A DNA stretch of 32,000 nt from Ktedonobacterales bacterium (GTDB lineage: Bacteria > Chloroflexota > Ktedonobacteria > Ktedonobacterales > JADMIN01): the NCBI GenBank assembly GCA_030167145.1, contig CP126532.1, forward strand, positions 1,920,001-1,952,000, read 5' to 3'. The translations under genes and the position numbers were made by a program. Shown here piece after piece: positions 1-7,335 of the stretch. How positions within the stretch are numbered: position 1 is the stretch's first letter; each line of letters opens with the position of its first letter. Under the pieces are notes generated by a model. The model had not been told where the DNA came from, searched no databases, and saw only the letters and a program-made list of their open reading frames with translations.

Positions 1-131
1 GCCACCTTGCCGGCATCGCCCCACTGGTCGAATCCAGCGGCATAGAGGGCGTCACCCCATTCCTTGAGTGTCTTCCGTTGCAACGCACGCCAACCCGCAA
101 GCTCCGCGCCCAGGCCCAGAATATATACCAT
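1..131 (-). CDS. hypothetical protein, N-terminal part only (continues past window start)
   Basis: Own minus-strand reading: ATG at 131 with GGAG about 10 nt upstream, open to position 1 (MVYILGLGAELAGWRALQRKTLKEWGDALYAAGFDQWGDAGKV...). It is truncated, so it is absent from the ORF track. No family recognised. Confidence 0.25.
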   Translation of the reverse strand, partial: MVYILGLGAELAGWRALQRKTLKEWGDALYAAGFDQWGDAGKV

Positions 132-283
132 GTGGCGTCTTCTCCAGTGAGGGCCGCAGGATTGCGACCTGCTGGTGAAGAGCATACCGGACCGCAAGGC
201 ATGGCGTCAAGCGTGATGGTGCGCGTGCGCTTTAGCTCGCGGCGTGTGGCTACCTGGGCGTGTAACACAGCGAGAGAGCGCCT

Positions 284-796
284 TCACTGGCGAGGGTCCG
301 CGTGGGACGACGCGAGCCGCAGCGCCTCCGCGCCGCGCGGAACCATGGCTGCCGCTAGCTCCGGCCCGGCATGGCGAGCCAGTAAGTCATAGGCGTATTG
401 CTGCCGCAGCAGGACGCGGTATTTGTCTGCTGGGCCGATGGCGAGACATTGACTGATCGCGTCGAGGAAGATCTCTGGGTCTTTGGGGAGCGTCTTGCCG
501 GATTCGAGCAGGCTGTAGGATCCACTGGTCATGCTGGGATAGCCGCAGTCGGTGAGACAATCTATCAATGAGAGCGCGGTGAGCGTAATTTTGGGGGCGC
601 CAGGACGGTTCTGTCCGGTTCGTTCGCCATAGGTGACCCGCAGATAGCGTAAGAGTTCGCCAAAACTCTGAAAGTCTTCCTGGCCGACAAAGGGCGCCAA
701 TGGTGTCGCATCGTTTGCTCTGCTGCTGGTTATGCCCCGTGTGTAGGTGCGCTTGTCTGATTCGGGCGCATTGGGGGGATGTCGCGGGGTAGCCAT
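284..796 (-). CDS. putative helix-turn-helix (XRE-like) DNA-binding protein
   Basis: 170-aa ORF with AGGAG 9 nt upstream of the ATG. The segment FGELLRYLR...ITLTALSLIDCL...GSYSLLESGKTLPKDPEIFLDAISQCL looks like a Cro/XRE-type HTH. Assignment is by eye only. Confidence 0.45.
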   Translation of the reverse strand: MATPRHPPNAPESDKRTYTRGITSSRANDATPLAPFVGQEDFQSFGELLRYLRVTYGERTGQNRPGAPKITLTALSLIDCLTDCGYPSMTSGSYSLLESGKTLPKDPEIFLDAISQCLAIGPADKYRVLLRQQYAYDLLARHAGPELAAAMVPRGAEALRLASSHADPRQ

Positions 797-1376
797 GGCT
801 CATGCTCCTATGCTGTGTGTCGCGCGCGGCGACGGCAAAATGTGCGCTTGGATATCAGAGGGGTGATGTGAGTTCCGTTTGACTAGGGGTGGTGCGGAAG
901 AGTCAAAAGGCGCATCGTTGGGGGATGAGCGTCGCGCCTGCTATTCGTCGTATTCGCTGCGCTCGCGTGTTCGTGCCAAACCGGATCTGAGCCGTCGCTT
1001 GTCTGCATACAACAGTGGTTGGCGCCACAGTGAAACCAGTGACGCAGTGGCAGCAGAGAGAGCGGGTGGCAACACGACACCCACCGCGCATGACATACTG
1101 ACCATAGCTGGCCTCCAAGGCACAAACACCGCGCATCCGCGCAACCGATAAACTCATCTCGCACGGTGGTATAGGCACGCACCACACGGAAGCTTCTCCG
1201 TCACCGTGAAGATGTCTTGACCACTGTCAAGATGTTCTCATTGGTCAGAGTGTAAGCTATTCGGCCCATGGTTGTCAATAGATGTAATGAAAGTCTCCAA
1301 GACGATATGCAATTCGTGACGTGACGGTGACGCGCGCACAGATGATCGGCGGGGTGAAGAGAGGAGCGCCCGATTT

Positions 1377-1823
1377 ATGCCAGTACCCACGGACGAAACG
1401 CCTGCGCTGCGGCTGACCATCGAGCTGGTGCCCGCCACGTGCTGGGGCGCGAACGTTCGAGACGTGCTGCCGCGCGCCCGCTGGGACGCACTGCGGCGCG
1501 AGGTCTATGCTGCGTCGGGGCATCGCTGCGCTATCTGCGGCGCAGGCGGCAAGCTGCACTGCCATGAGGTGTGGGACTACGATGACGCAGCACACGTGCA
1601 GCGGTTGCGCGGCTTCCGCGCGCTCTGCGTGGAGTGTCATCACGTGAAGCACATCGGGCATGCGCGGTTGCTTGCCAGCCAGGGCAAGCTCGATTATGAG
1701 CGCATCGTCGCGCATTTTCTGCGCGTCAACGGCTGTGACCGCGCTACGTTCGCGCGCCACCGCGACGAGGCCTTCGCCCGCTTTGCGGAGCGTTCGCGCT
1801 ACGAGTGGCGCACGGAGTTCTGA
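1377..1823 (+). CDS. HNH / zinc-ribbon nuclease-like protein
   Basis: 148 aa with GAGGAG about 10 nt upstream. Ligand pairs C51xxC54, H61-C62-H63-E64 and C84xxC87-H88-H89xxH92. The N-terminal LVPATCWGANVR motif is typical of small stand-alone HNH-type proteins. Confidence 0.55.
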   Translation: MPVPTDETPALRLTIELVPATCWGANVRDVLPRARWDALRREVYAASGHRCAICGAGGKLHCHEVWDYDDAAHVQRLRGFRALCVECHHVKHIGHARLLASQGKLDYERIVAHFLRVNGCDRATFARHRDEAFARFAERSRYEWRTEF

Positions 1824-1826
1824 ATT

Positions 1827-2750
1827 CTAGCGCAGCACGAGCGCGCCGGTATCCCGGCTCACAGGCGGCGACGGCATGCCCCAGAGCGCCGCTACGATCT
1901 CTGGCATATCGCGCAGGCGCTCGTGGATATTGCCGTTGAGCTGAAGACGCAGGGCAAACGGCGGACCCACCCGCAGCCCCAGATACGGCACGTCCCCCAA
2001 TACGCGATGCGACCAGATATCGCGCTCGTTCGCCACCGTCAGCAGTGTCACGCCGTGCGTGCTCGCCCAGCGATTCAACCCGTTCAGTCCGTCATCGGCA
2101 ACGCGGCGCAGATAGCTTTTCGCGCCAGACCAGCGACCTGCCAGCCCGGCAATTGCCGCATCCAGGGTCATGACGGCGCGCACCGGCATCAGCGGTTCCG
2201 GCTGCTGGCATGCGCGCACGCCGACGAGATACGAGAGCGCCGCCGCGCCACCGGAACTGTGGCCGATGAGATGCACGTGCCCGCGCTCGCCGTCGCCCTG
2301 GCCGCTGGCTGGCGCTGGCTGCGCGAGAAACGACCGGAGCCACGCGACCCCCGCTGAGATGCGCCGCACGGTCACGAAATGCACGTGCTCCGCACACCAG
2401 CGCTCCCATTGCGCCCGCAACGCCGGGTCTTCGCTATCGATTGGCCCTGCCCCACGCCACGCCAGAAATAACGCCTGCAATCGGCTCAGCCATACATCCC
2501 AGAGCAGCGTGGGTGGCGACAGGCGCATCCCAGGCACCACCGGCACGCCCCGCAGCAGCACGATGTGATCGGATGGCTCCGGCGTCGCCACCGGCAGCCC
2601 GGCCTCCGCCAGCACTGTTGTCAGCGCGTGTTCCAGGCGCGGGTCTCCTGTGCGCCGCAACTCATCACGCGCCGCGCCCGAAAAAGGCTGAGAAGGCTGA
2701 GTCTGCCGCGCTGGTCGCGGTCGTCGCTGTTGTCTGCTCATCCGCGCCAC
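1827..2750 (-). CDS. alpha/beta hydrolase (lipase/esterase-like)
   Basis: 307-aa ORF with a GxSxG nucleophile elbow (HLIGHSSGGAAAL). No finer family recognised. Confidence 0.65.
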   Translation of the reverse strand: MARMSRQQRRPRPARQTQPSQPFSGAARDELRRTGDPRLEHALTTVLAEAGLPVATPEPSDHIVLLRGVPVVPGMRLSPPTLLWDVWLSRLQALFLAWRGAGPIDSEDPALRAQWERWCAEHVHFVTVRRISAGVAWLRSFLAQPAPASGQGDGERGHVHLIGHSSGGAAALSYLVGVRACQQPEPLMPVRAVMTLDAAIAGLAGRWSGAKSYLRRVADDGLNGLNRWASTHGVTLLTVANERDIWSHRVLGDVPYLGLRVGPPFALRLQLNGNIHERLRDMPEIVAALWGMPSPPVSRDTGALVLR

Positions 2751-2794
2751 CTCCGCTTACCTGCCGCACAAAATGGTGTCTCCTGATTATTCGT

Positions 2795-2990
2795 GACATG
2801 CTCCCCATCCCTAAAGGGAAGGGGCTTCTCGCTTCACCACGGCAGCCTACGCCACCGCTCCACGACGGCTCTGCCCAAGCCGGAGAATATTTCGGGCCGC
2901 ATTCTCGTCGCGGTCCAGCACCAGCCCACAGGCGGTACAGACATGGGTACGCACCGACAGGCTCTTCCGCACCCGTGTCCCGCAGCCGCT
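2795..2990 (-). ncRNA. predicted TnpB guide RNA (omegaRNA/reRNA) scaffold region, bounds approximate
   Basis: Placed only by established knowledge that TnpB guide RNAs derive from the tnpB 3' end plus the IS right end. The hairpin is present, but no transcript evidence is available. Confidence 0.3.
2803..2824. repeat. IS right-end subterminal hairpin CCCCATCCC-TAAA-GGGAAGGGG
   Basis: Imperfect palindrome with an A.A mismatch, 23 nt beyond the tnpB stop. It is related to the hairpin at 4461-4482. Confidence 0.6.
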
Positions 2991-3983
2991 ACAATCCTGG
3001 CTGGTATAGGCGGGTTCCACCGCAACCACTCGTTTACCGGCGCATGCTGCCTTGTATTCAAGCGTGGTACGAAACTGCGCCCAGCCAGCATCACTGATGC
3101 TTTTGGCCAGATGGTGGTTGCGTACCAGGTTGCGAACCCGCAGGTCTTCGAGATAGATCACATCGTACTGGCGCACCAACGCCAACGCGGTCTTGTGATG
3201 AAAGTCCTGGCGTTGCCGTCTGACTTTCTGATGCTTCTTCGCCAGCAGTTGCACCGCCTTCTTGCGGCGATGGCTGCCCTTCTTGCGCCGCGAGACCACG
3301 CGCTGCGCTTTCTTCAGTCGCTTTTCTTCACGGCGGTAATGGTGGGGGTTCTCCACGAACACCCCATCTGCCGTCACCAGGAAGGCATTCAGCCCGACAT
3401 CTATGCCCGTCTCCTGGCCAGTGCGCGGCAACGGTTCCACCGGCACGTCGGCGCACGAGATACAGGCATACCAGCCATCCGCCTCTTTGGAGATGGTAAC
3501 GGTCTTGGGTGTGCCCTGCAAGCCGCCGGGTAGCGGACGATGCAGCCGGATACGAATCCGCCCAATCTTCGACAGATTGAGCACGCTCCCGTCCAGCACT
3601 GCCCCATGGCCGTACTGCGGATAGGTGAAGGAGTGGTAGCGGTTCGCACCCTGGAAGCGGGGATATCCCGGTGTCTGCCCCTCTTGGATACGTTGGAAGA
3701 AGGCGGCAAACGTGCGCTCAATTCGCAAGAGGACATCCTGCAAGACCTGCGAATGGACTGCGGCGTATTCCGGGAGCGCCGCCTTCAGGTCGGGCAGTTC
3801 CGCTTTCTGTTGGTAGTACGTCGCGCTCTTGCTTTGTCCGCGTCCCCACCACGTCTTGCGCTGTTCCAACGCGGTATTGTAGAGCGTGCGACAGTGCCAC
3901 AAGACGGTTGCCAGCACCCGCGCTTGCGCTGGCGTGGGGTTCAGTTGGTACTTGTACGTCTTGCGGACTGCCGTTTCTGCCAC
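2847..3983 (-). CDS. tnpB: IS605 OrfB / TnpB RNA-guided endonuclease
   Basis: 378 aa with the typical N-terminus KTYKYQLNPTPAQ. RuvC residues are intact (GIDVG, YLEDL, DRDENAARNI). Zn finger CSGCG...CTACG. Confidence 0.95.
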   Translation of the reverse strand: MAETAVRKTYKYQLNPTPAQARVLATVLWHCRTLYNTALEQRKTWWGRGQSKSATYYQQKAELPDLKAALPEYAAVHSQVLQDVLLRIERTFAAFFQRIQEGQTPGYPRFQGANRYHSFTYPQYGHGAVLDGSVLNLSKIGRIRIRLHRPLPGGLQGTPKTVTISKEADGWYACISCADVPVEPLPRTGQETGIDVGLNAFLVTADGVFVENPHHYRREEKRLKKAQRVVSRRKKGSHRRKKAVQLLAKKHQKVRRQRQDFHHKTALALVRQYDVIYLEDLRVRNLVRNHHLAKSISDAGWAQFRTTLEYKAACAGKRVVAVEPAYTSQDCSGCGTRVRKSLSVRTHVCTACGLVLDRDENAARNILRLGQSRRGAVA

Positions 3984-3986
3984 GCG

Positions 3987-4382
3987 CTATTTGCCCTTCT
4001 GGTTTTCGACGTAGCGTTTCAAGGTTTCTAGCGTCACGCCGCCCACCGTTGCCACAAAGTAGCTATTCGTCCACAGGGACGGTAGACGGCGCTTCAACGC
4101 GGGATACTCCACACGCAGCGCGTGCGAACTGTAGCCCTTCAAGAGCTTCACCAGCCGGTGAATGCCGAACTGTGGGTCACACCCGACGAGCAGATGCACG
4201 TGATCGGGCATGACCTCCATCTCGATCAGGTCTTGCCCCCACCACTCTATCTGCTCGGCAAGAATAACCTTCAGCCGTTCATCTATTGGTGGCATCAACA
4301 CCTTGCGCCGGTATTTGGGGCAGAACACCACGTGATAGCGGCAGACGTAGACGACAGTGTTGTTGCTCCGCATAGCTTTCAT
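3987..4382 (-). CDS. tnpA: IS200/IS605 Y1 (HUH) transposase TnpA
   Basis: MKAMRSNNTVVYVCRYHVVFCPKYRRKVL..., HUH motif DHVHLLV, catalytic Tyr in TNSYFVATVGG. The internal ATG at 4382 is preferred over the ORF start at 4418 by family N-terminus. Confidence 0.93.
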   Translation of the reverse strand: MKAMRSNNTVVYVCRYHVVFCPKYRRKVLMPPIDERLKVILAEQIEWWGQDLIEMEVMPDHVHLLVGCDPQFGIHRLVKLLKGYSSHALRVEYPALKRRLPSLWTNSYFVATVGGVTLETLKRYVENQKGK

Positions 4383-4460
4383 GCAACCAGTATAGCATGT
4401 TCGATAATACGCTATCAACTACTGTCGTTATTCGTCGCCTGTGGACGACGCGGCTTTCAT

Positions 4461-4482
4461 CCCTAGCCCTAAAGGGACGGGG
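4461..4482. repeat. IS left-end subterminal hairpin CCCTAGCCC-TAAA-GGGACGGGG
   Basis: Same CCC-TAAA-GGG core and GGGGCTTC flank as the right-end hairpin. It lies about 80 nt upstream of tnpA. Confidence 0.6.
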
Positions 4483-4786
4483 CTTCAGCCGCCTTTTTCG
4501 CTAACCATTCCTACGCGGGAAGGCTTTCGCGGGTTGAAGGGTGACGGCGAAAGCAGCGCCCAGCGTTGTGGGCTAATGTACGCTGCTTATGGCATAAACC
4601 GGTCCAATATAGTGTCGTTGCCGCCATCGGGCAGACGGGGCGGGGCGACCTATCACGGGCGGCATCGTCGCCCACGCTCCCCACGAGTTCACGGCTCACG
4701 TCTTCGCCCGCACTTGCGAAGATGGCGGCGGTTGGCTAGACTGAGAACTACATGGCTGAGAAGCACATTGCCCAGGAGGCCGATCG

Positions 4787-5695
4787 TTGCCTTCTCGCGC
4801 ATATTCAGAAGACATGCCGGAGAACCACATGGCGCAACTCATGCCGCTGAGTGAAGCCATCGCGCAGTTGATTCACGATGGTGATACGGTGGCGATGGAA
4901 GGGTTTACGCACCTGATTCCCTTTGCGGCGGGTCATGAGGTGATCCGGCAGCAGAAACGGGATTTGACGCTGATTCGCATGACACCCGATGTGATCTACG
5001 ATCAACTGATTGGGGCGGGATGTGCGCGGCGGCTGGTGTTTTCGTGGGGCGGCAATCCGGGCGTTGGCTCGCTGCACCGGCTGCGCGACGCGGTGGAGCA
5101 CGAGTGGCCGCACGCGCTGGAAATCGAAGAGCACAGCCATGCGGGTTTGTCGAACGCCTATGTAGCGGGCGCTTCGAATATCCCCTTTGGTGTATTGCGC
5201 GGCTATCAGGGATCGGACCTGCCGCGCTACAATGACCATATTCGCTTCATCCAGTGCCCATTCACCGGCGAAGAATTGGCGGCGGTACGCGCGGTTCGGC
5301 CTGATGTGACGGTGATTCACGCGCAAAAAGCGGATCGCAAGGGGAATGTGCTGCTCTGGGGCATCCTGGGGGTGCAGAAAGAAGCGCTGCTGGCGGCGCG
5401 GCGCGCTATCGTCACGGTCGAAGAGATCGTGGACGACCTGGATGCGTGGCCGAATGCCTGTATTCTCCCCGCGTGGGTCGTGACGGCCGTCTGTGTGGTT
5501 CCCGGTGGCGCGTTTCCTTCGTATGCGCAGGGCTATTATCAGCGCGACAATCGGTTCTATCTGGCATGGGATGACATCGCGCGGGAGCGCGAACGCTTCG
5601 CGGCGTGGGTGCAGCGCCACATCCACGATACCGCCGACTTCGCTGAGTTCCGGCGAGTGTTGCGGGAATCGCAGGGCACGGAGGAGCAGCGATGA
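4787..5695 (+). CDS. CoA-transferase subunit A (glutaconate/3-oxoacid CoA-transferase family)
   Basis: 302 aa, TTG start with AGGAGG 7 nt upstream. The family-I CoA-transferase alpha pattern is present (DGDTVAMEGFTHLIPFAAGHEVIR...). ATGA overlap with subunit B. Confidence 0.85.
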   Translation: MPSRAYSEDMPENHMAQLMPLSEAIAQLIHDGDTVAMEGFTHLIPFAAGHEVIRQQKRDLTLIRMTPDVIYDQLIGAGCARRLVFSWGGNPGVGSLHRLRDAVEHEWPHALEIEEHSHAGLSNAYVAGASNIPFGVLRGYQGSDLPRYNDHIRFIQCPFTGEELAAVRAVRPDVTVIHAQKADRKGNVLLWGILGVQKEALLAARRAIVTVEEIVDDLDAWPNACILPAWVVTAVCVVPGGAFPSYAQGYYQRDNRFYLAWDDIARERERFAAWVQRHIHDTADFAEFRRVLRESQGTEEQR

Positions 5696-6480
5696 GCGAC
5701 CTGACCTACACCACCAGTGAGATGATGACCGTCGCCGCCGCGCGCATGCTCCCTGACCGCGCAGTGTGCTTCGTGGGGATCGGCTTGCCTTCGACGGCGG
5801 CGAACCTGGCGCGCCTGACGCATGCCCCGGAGCTGGTGCTGATCTACGAATCCGGCCCGATAGGCGCGAAACCGGTGGTGTTGCCGCTCTCGATTGGCGA
5901 TGGCGATCTGGCCGAAACGGCGGATACGGTGGTCTCTACCTCCGAAATCTTCCGCTACTGGCTGCAAGGCGAGCGCATAGACATCGGCTTTCTGAGCGCC
6001 GCGCAGATAGATCGCTTCGGCAATCTGAATACGACGGTGATCGGCGACTATCGCCACCCCCGCACACGGCTGCCTGGTGCGGGCGGCGCGCCGGAGATCG
6101 CTGGCTCAGCGCGCGAGGTGTTCATCCTGCTCAAGCAGTCGCGACGGGCCTTCGTCGAAAAGCTGGATTTCGTCACCTCCGTGGGCTTTGGCAACGGCGG
6201 CGAGGCGCGGGCGCGGCTGGGCCTGAGCGGGCGTGGCCCCGTGGCGGTCATCACCGACCTGTGCATCATGGAGCCAGAGACCACGACGAACGAACTGATC
6301 GTGATGCGGCTGCATCAGGGCGTCACACGGGAGCAGGTGCAGGCGGCCACCGGCTGGCCAGTGCGGTTCGCGACAACGGTGGGGGCAACGGACCCGCCGT
6401 CCGAGCACGAACTGGCCGCACTGCGTGACTTGCAGCGGCGCACGGCGCTGGCGCACGGCACCCAATCAGAGCGCCAGTGA
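5692..6480 (+). CDS. CoA-transferase subunit B
   Basis: 262 aa. The VGIGLPS...LIYESGPIG motif contains the conserved ESG glutamate of beta subunits. Translationally coupled to subunit A. Confidence 0.85.
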   Translation: MSDLTYTTSEMMTVAAARMLPDRAVCFVGIGLPSTAANLARLTHAPELVLIYESGPIGAKPVVLPLSIGDGDLAETADTVVSTSEIFRYWLQGERIDIGFLSAAQIDRFGNLNTTVIGDYRHPRTRLPGAGGAPEIAGSAREVFILLKQSRRAFVEKLDFVTSVGFGNGGEARARLGLSGRGPVAVITDLCIMEPETTTNELIVMRLHQGVTREQVQAATGWPVRFATTVGATDPPSEHELAALRDLQRRTALAHGTQSERQ

Positions 6481-6612
6481 TGTGCGCGTGATCCTACGCC
6501 CGCTCTCAAGCCTGCTCGGCGGATACTCTGCAGGATGACTCGGCGCGGCCCAAAACAACCGCGCAGCGCACGCCGGAACCTACCTCGGAATCAGTACGCT
6601 AGCGGTAAGCCT

Positions 6613-7335
6613 TCATTGTGGCTCATTTTCTGTGCGCCCCTCGCCGTTTGGCGCGGCGGGGGGTGGTGCAGGGCGGAGCACATAGCCCACACCAGAGACG
6701 GTGAGCAGGTAGCGCGGGTCGGTGGGGTCGCGCTCAATCTTCTGGCGCAGGCGATGCACAATCTGCTTGAGCAATTGGCGGTCGCCCGCGCTCTCATAGC
6801 CCCAGACGTGGGTCGTCAGCCGCTCGACCGAGACGGTATGCCCCGCGTTCGCCATCAGATAGTGCAGCAGGCGAAACTCGCGGTTGGTCAGGTGGATAGC
6901 TGTGCTGTTGACGAATATGGACTGATCTTCGGGGTTCAGGCGCAGATCACCGGCGGCCAGCGTGGCGGGGTGTTCGAAACCCGCGCGGCGGTGCAGCGCG
7001 CGCAGGTGCGCCAGCAGCGTTCGCGGGCTGAAGGGCTTGGTGAGGTAATCGTCAGCGCCCTGGTCCAGCCCCGCGACATGGTCCTCTTCGGCATTGCGAA
7101 CGGTCAGCATCAGAACCGGCGTGGTGTCCTGGGCGCGGATGCGCTTGCAGACCTCGAAGCCGTTCATGCCCGGCAAGTTGACATCCAGAATCACGAGATC
7201 CGGCTGTTCGCGCTCGAACACCTCCAAGGCACGCGTGCCGTCCTGCGCCTCGACGACGAAGTAGCCAGCGGAACGCAGGGCAAAACCGATAAGCCCCAGC
7301 AGTTCGAGGTCGTCATCCACCACCAGAATCTTCAT
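6613..7335 (-). CDS. OmpR/PhoB-family response regulator
   Basis: MKILVVDDD...DLVILDVNLPGMNGF...DDYLTKPF receiver domain plus a C-terminal winged-helix (LTNREFRLLHYL...GVGYVL). Confidence 0.92.
   Translation of the reverse strand: MKILVVDDDLELLGLIGFALRSAGYFVVEAQDGTRALEVFEREQPDLVILDVNLPGMNGFEVCKRIRAQDTTPVLMLTVRNAEEDHVAGLDQGADDYLTKPFSPRTLLAHLRALHRRAGFEHPATLAAGDLRLNPEDQSIFVNSTAIHLTNREFRLLHYLMANAGHTVSVERLTTHVWGYESAGDRQLLKQIVHRLRQKIERDPTDPRYLLTVSGVGYVLRPAPPPAAPNGEGRTENEPQ

Larger units (their letters stand above)
2790..4505 (-). mobile_element. IS200/IS605-family insertion sequence (tnpA + tnpB); exact ends approximate
   Basis: Adjacent tnpA and tnpB genes flanked by two related subterminal hairpins in the same orientation (2803-2824 and 4461-4482). 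Both are followed by GGGGCTTC. Confidence 0.85.

Noticed and set aside
879-1187. Four mutually overlapping 67-100 aa ORFs in the 797-1376 gap
   Set aside because: They overlap each other on both strands, lack ribosome-binding sites, and have no recognisable motifs. They are more likely chance ORFs in non-coding DNA.
6543-6564. Hairpin GCGCGG-N10-CCGCGC as a terminator between the CoA-transferase B and regulator genes
   Set aside because: The stem is only 6 bp with a 10-nt loop and no U-tract, which is too weak to call.
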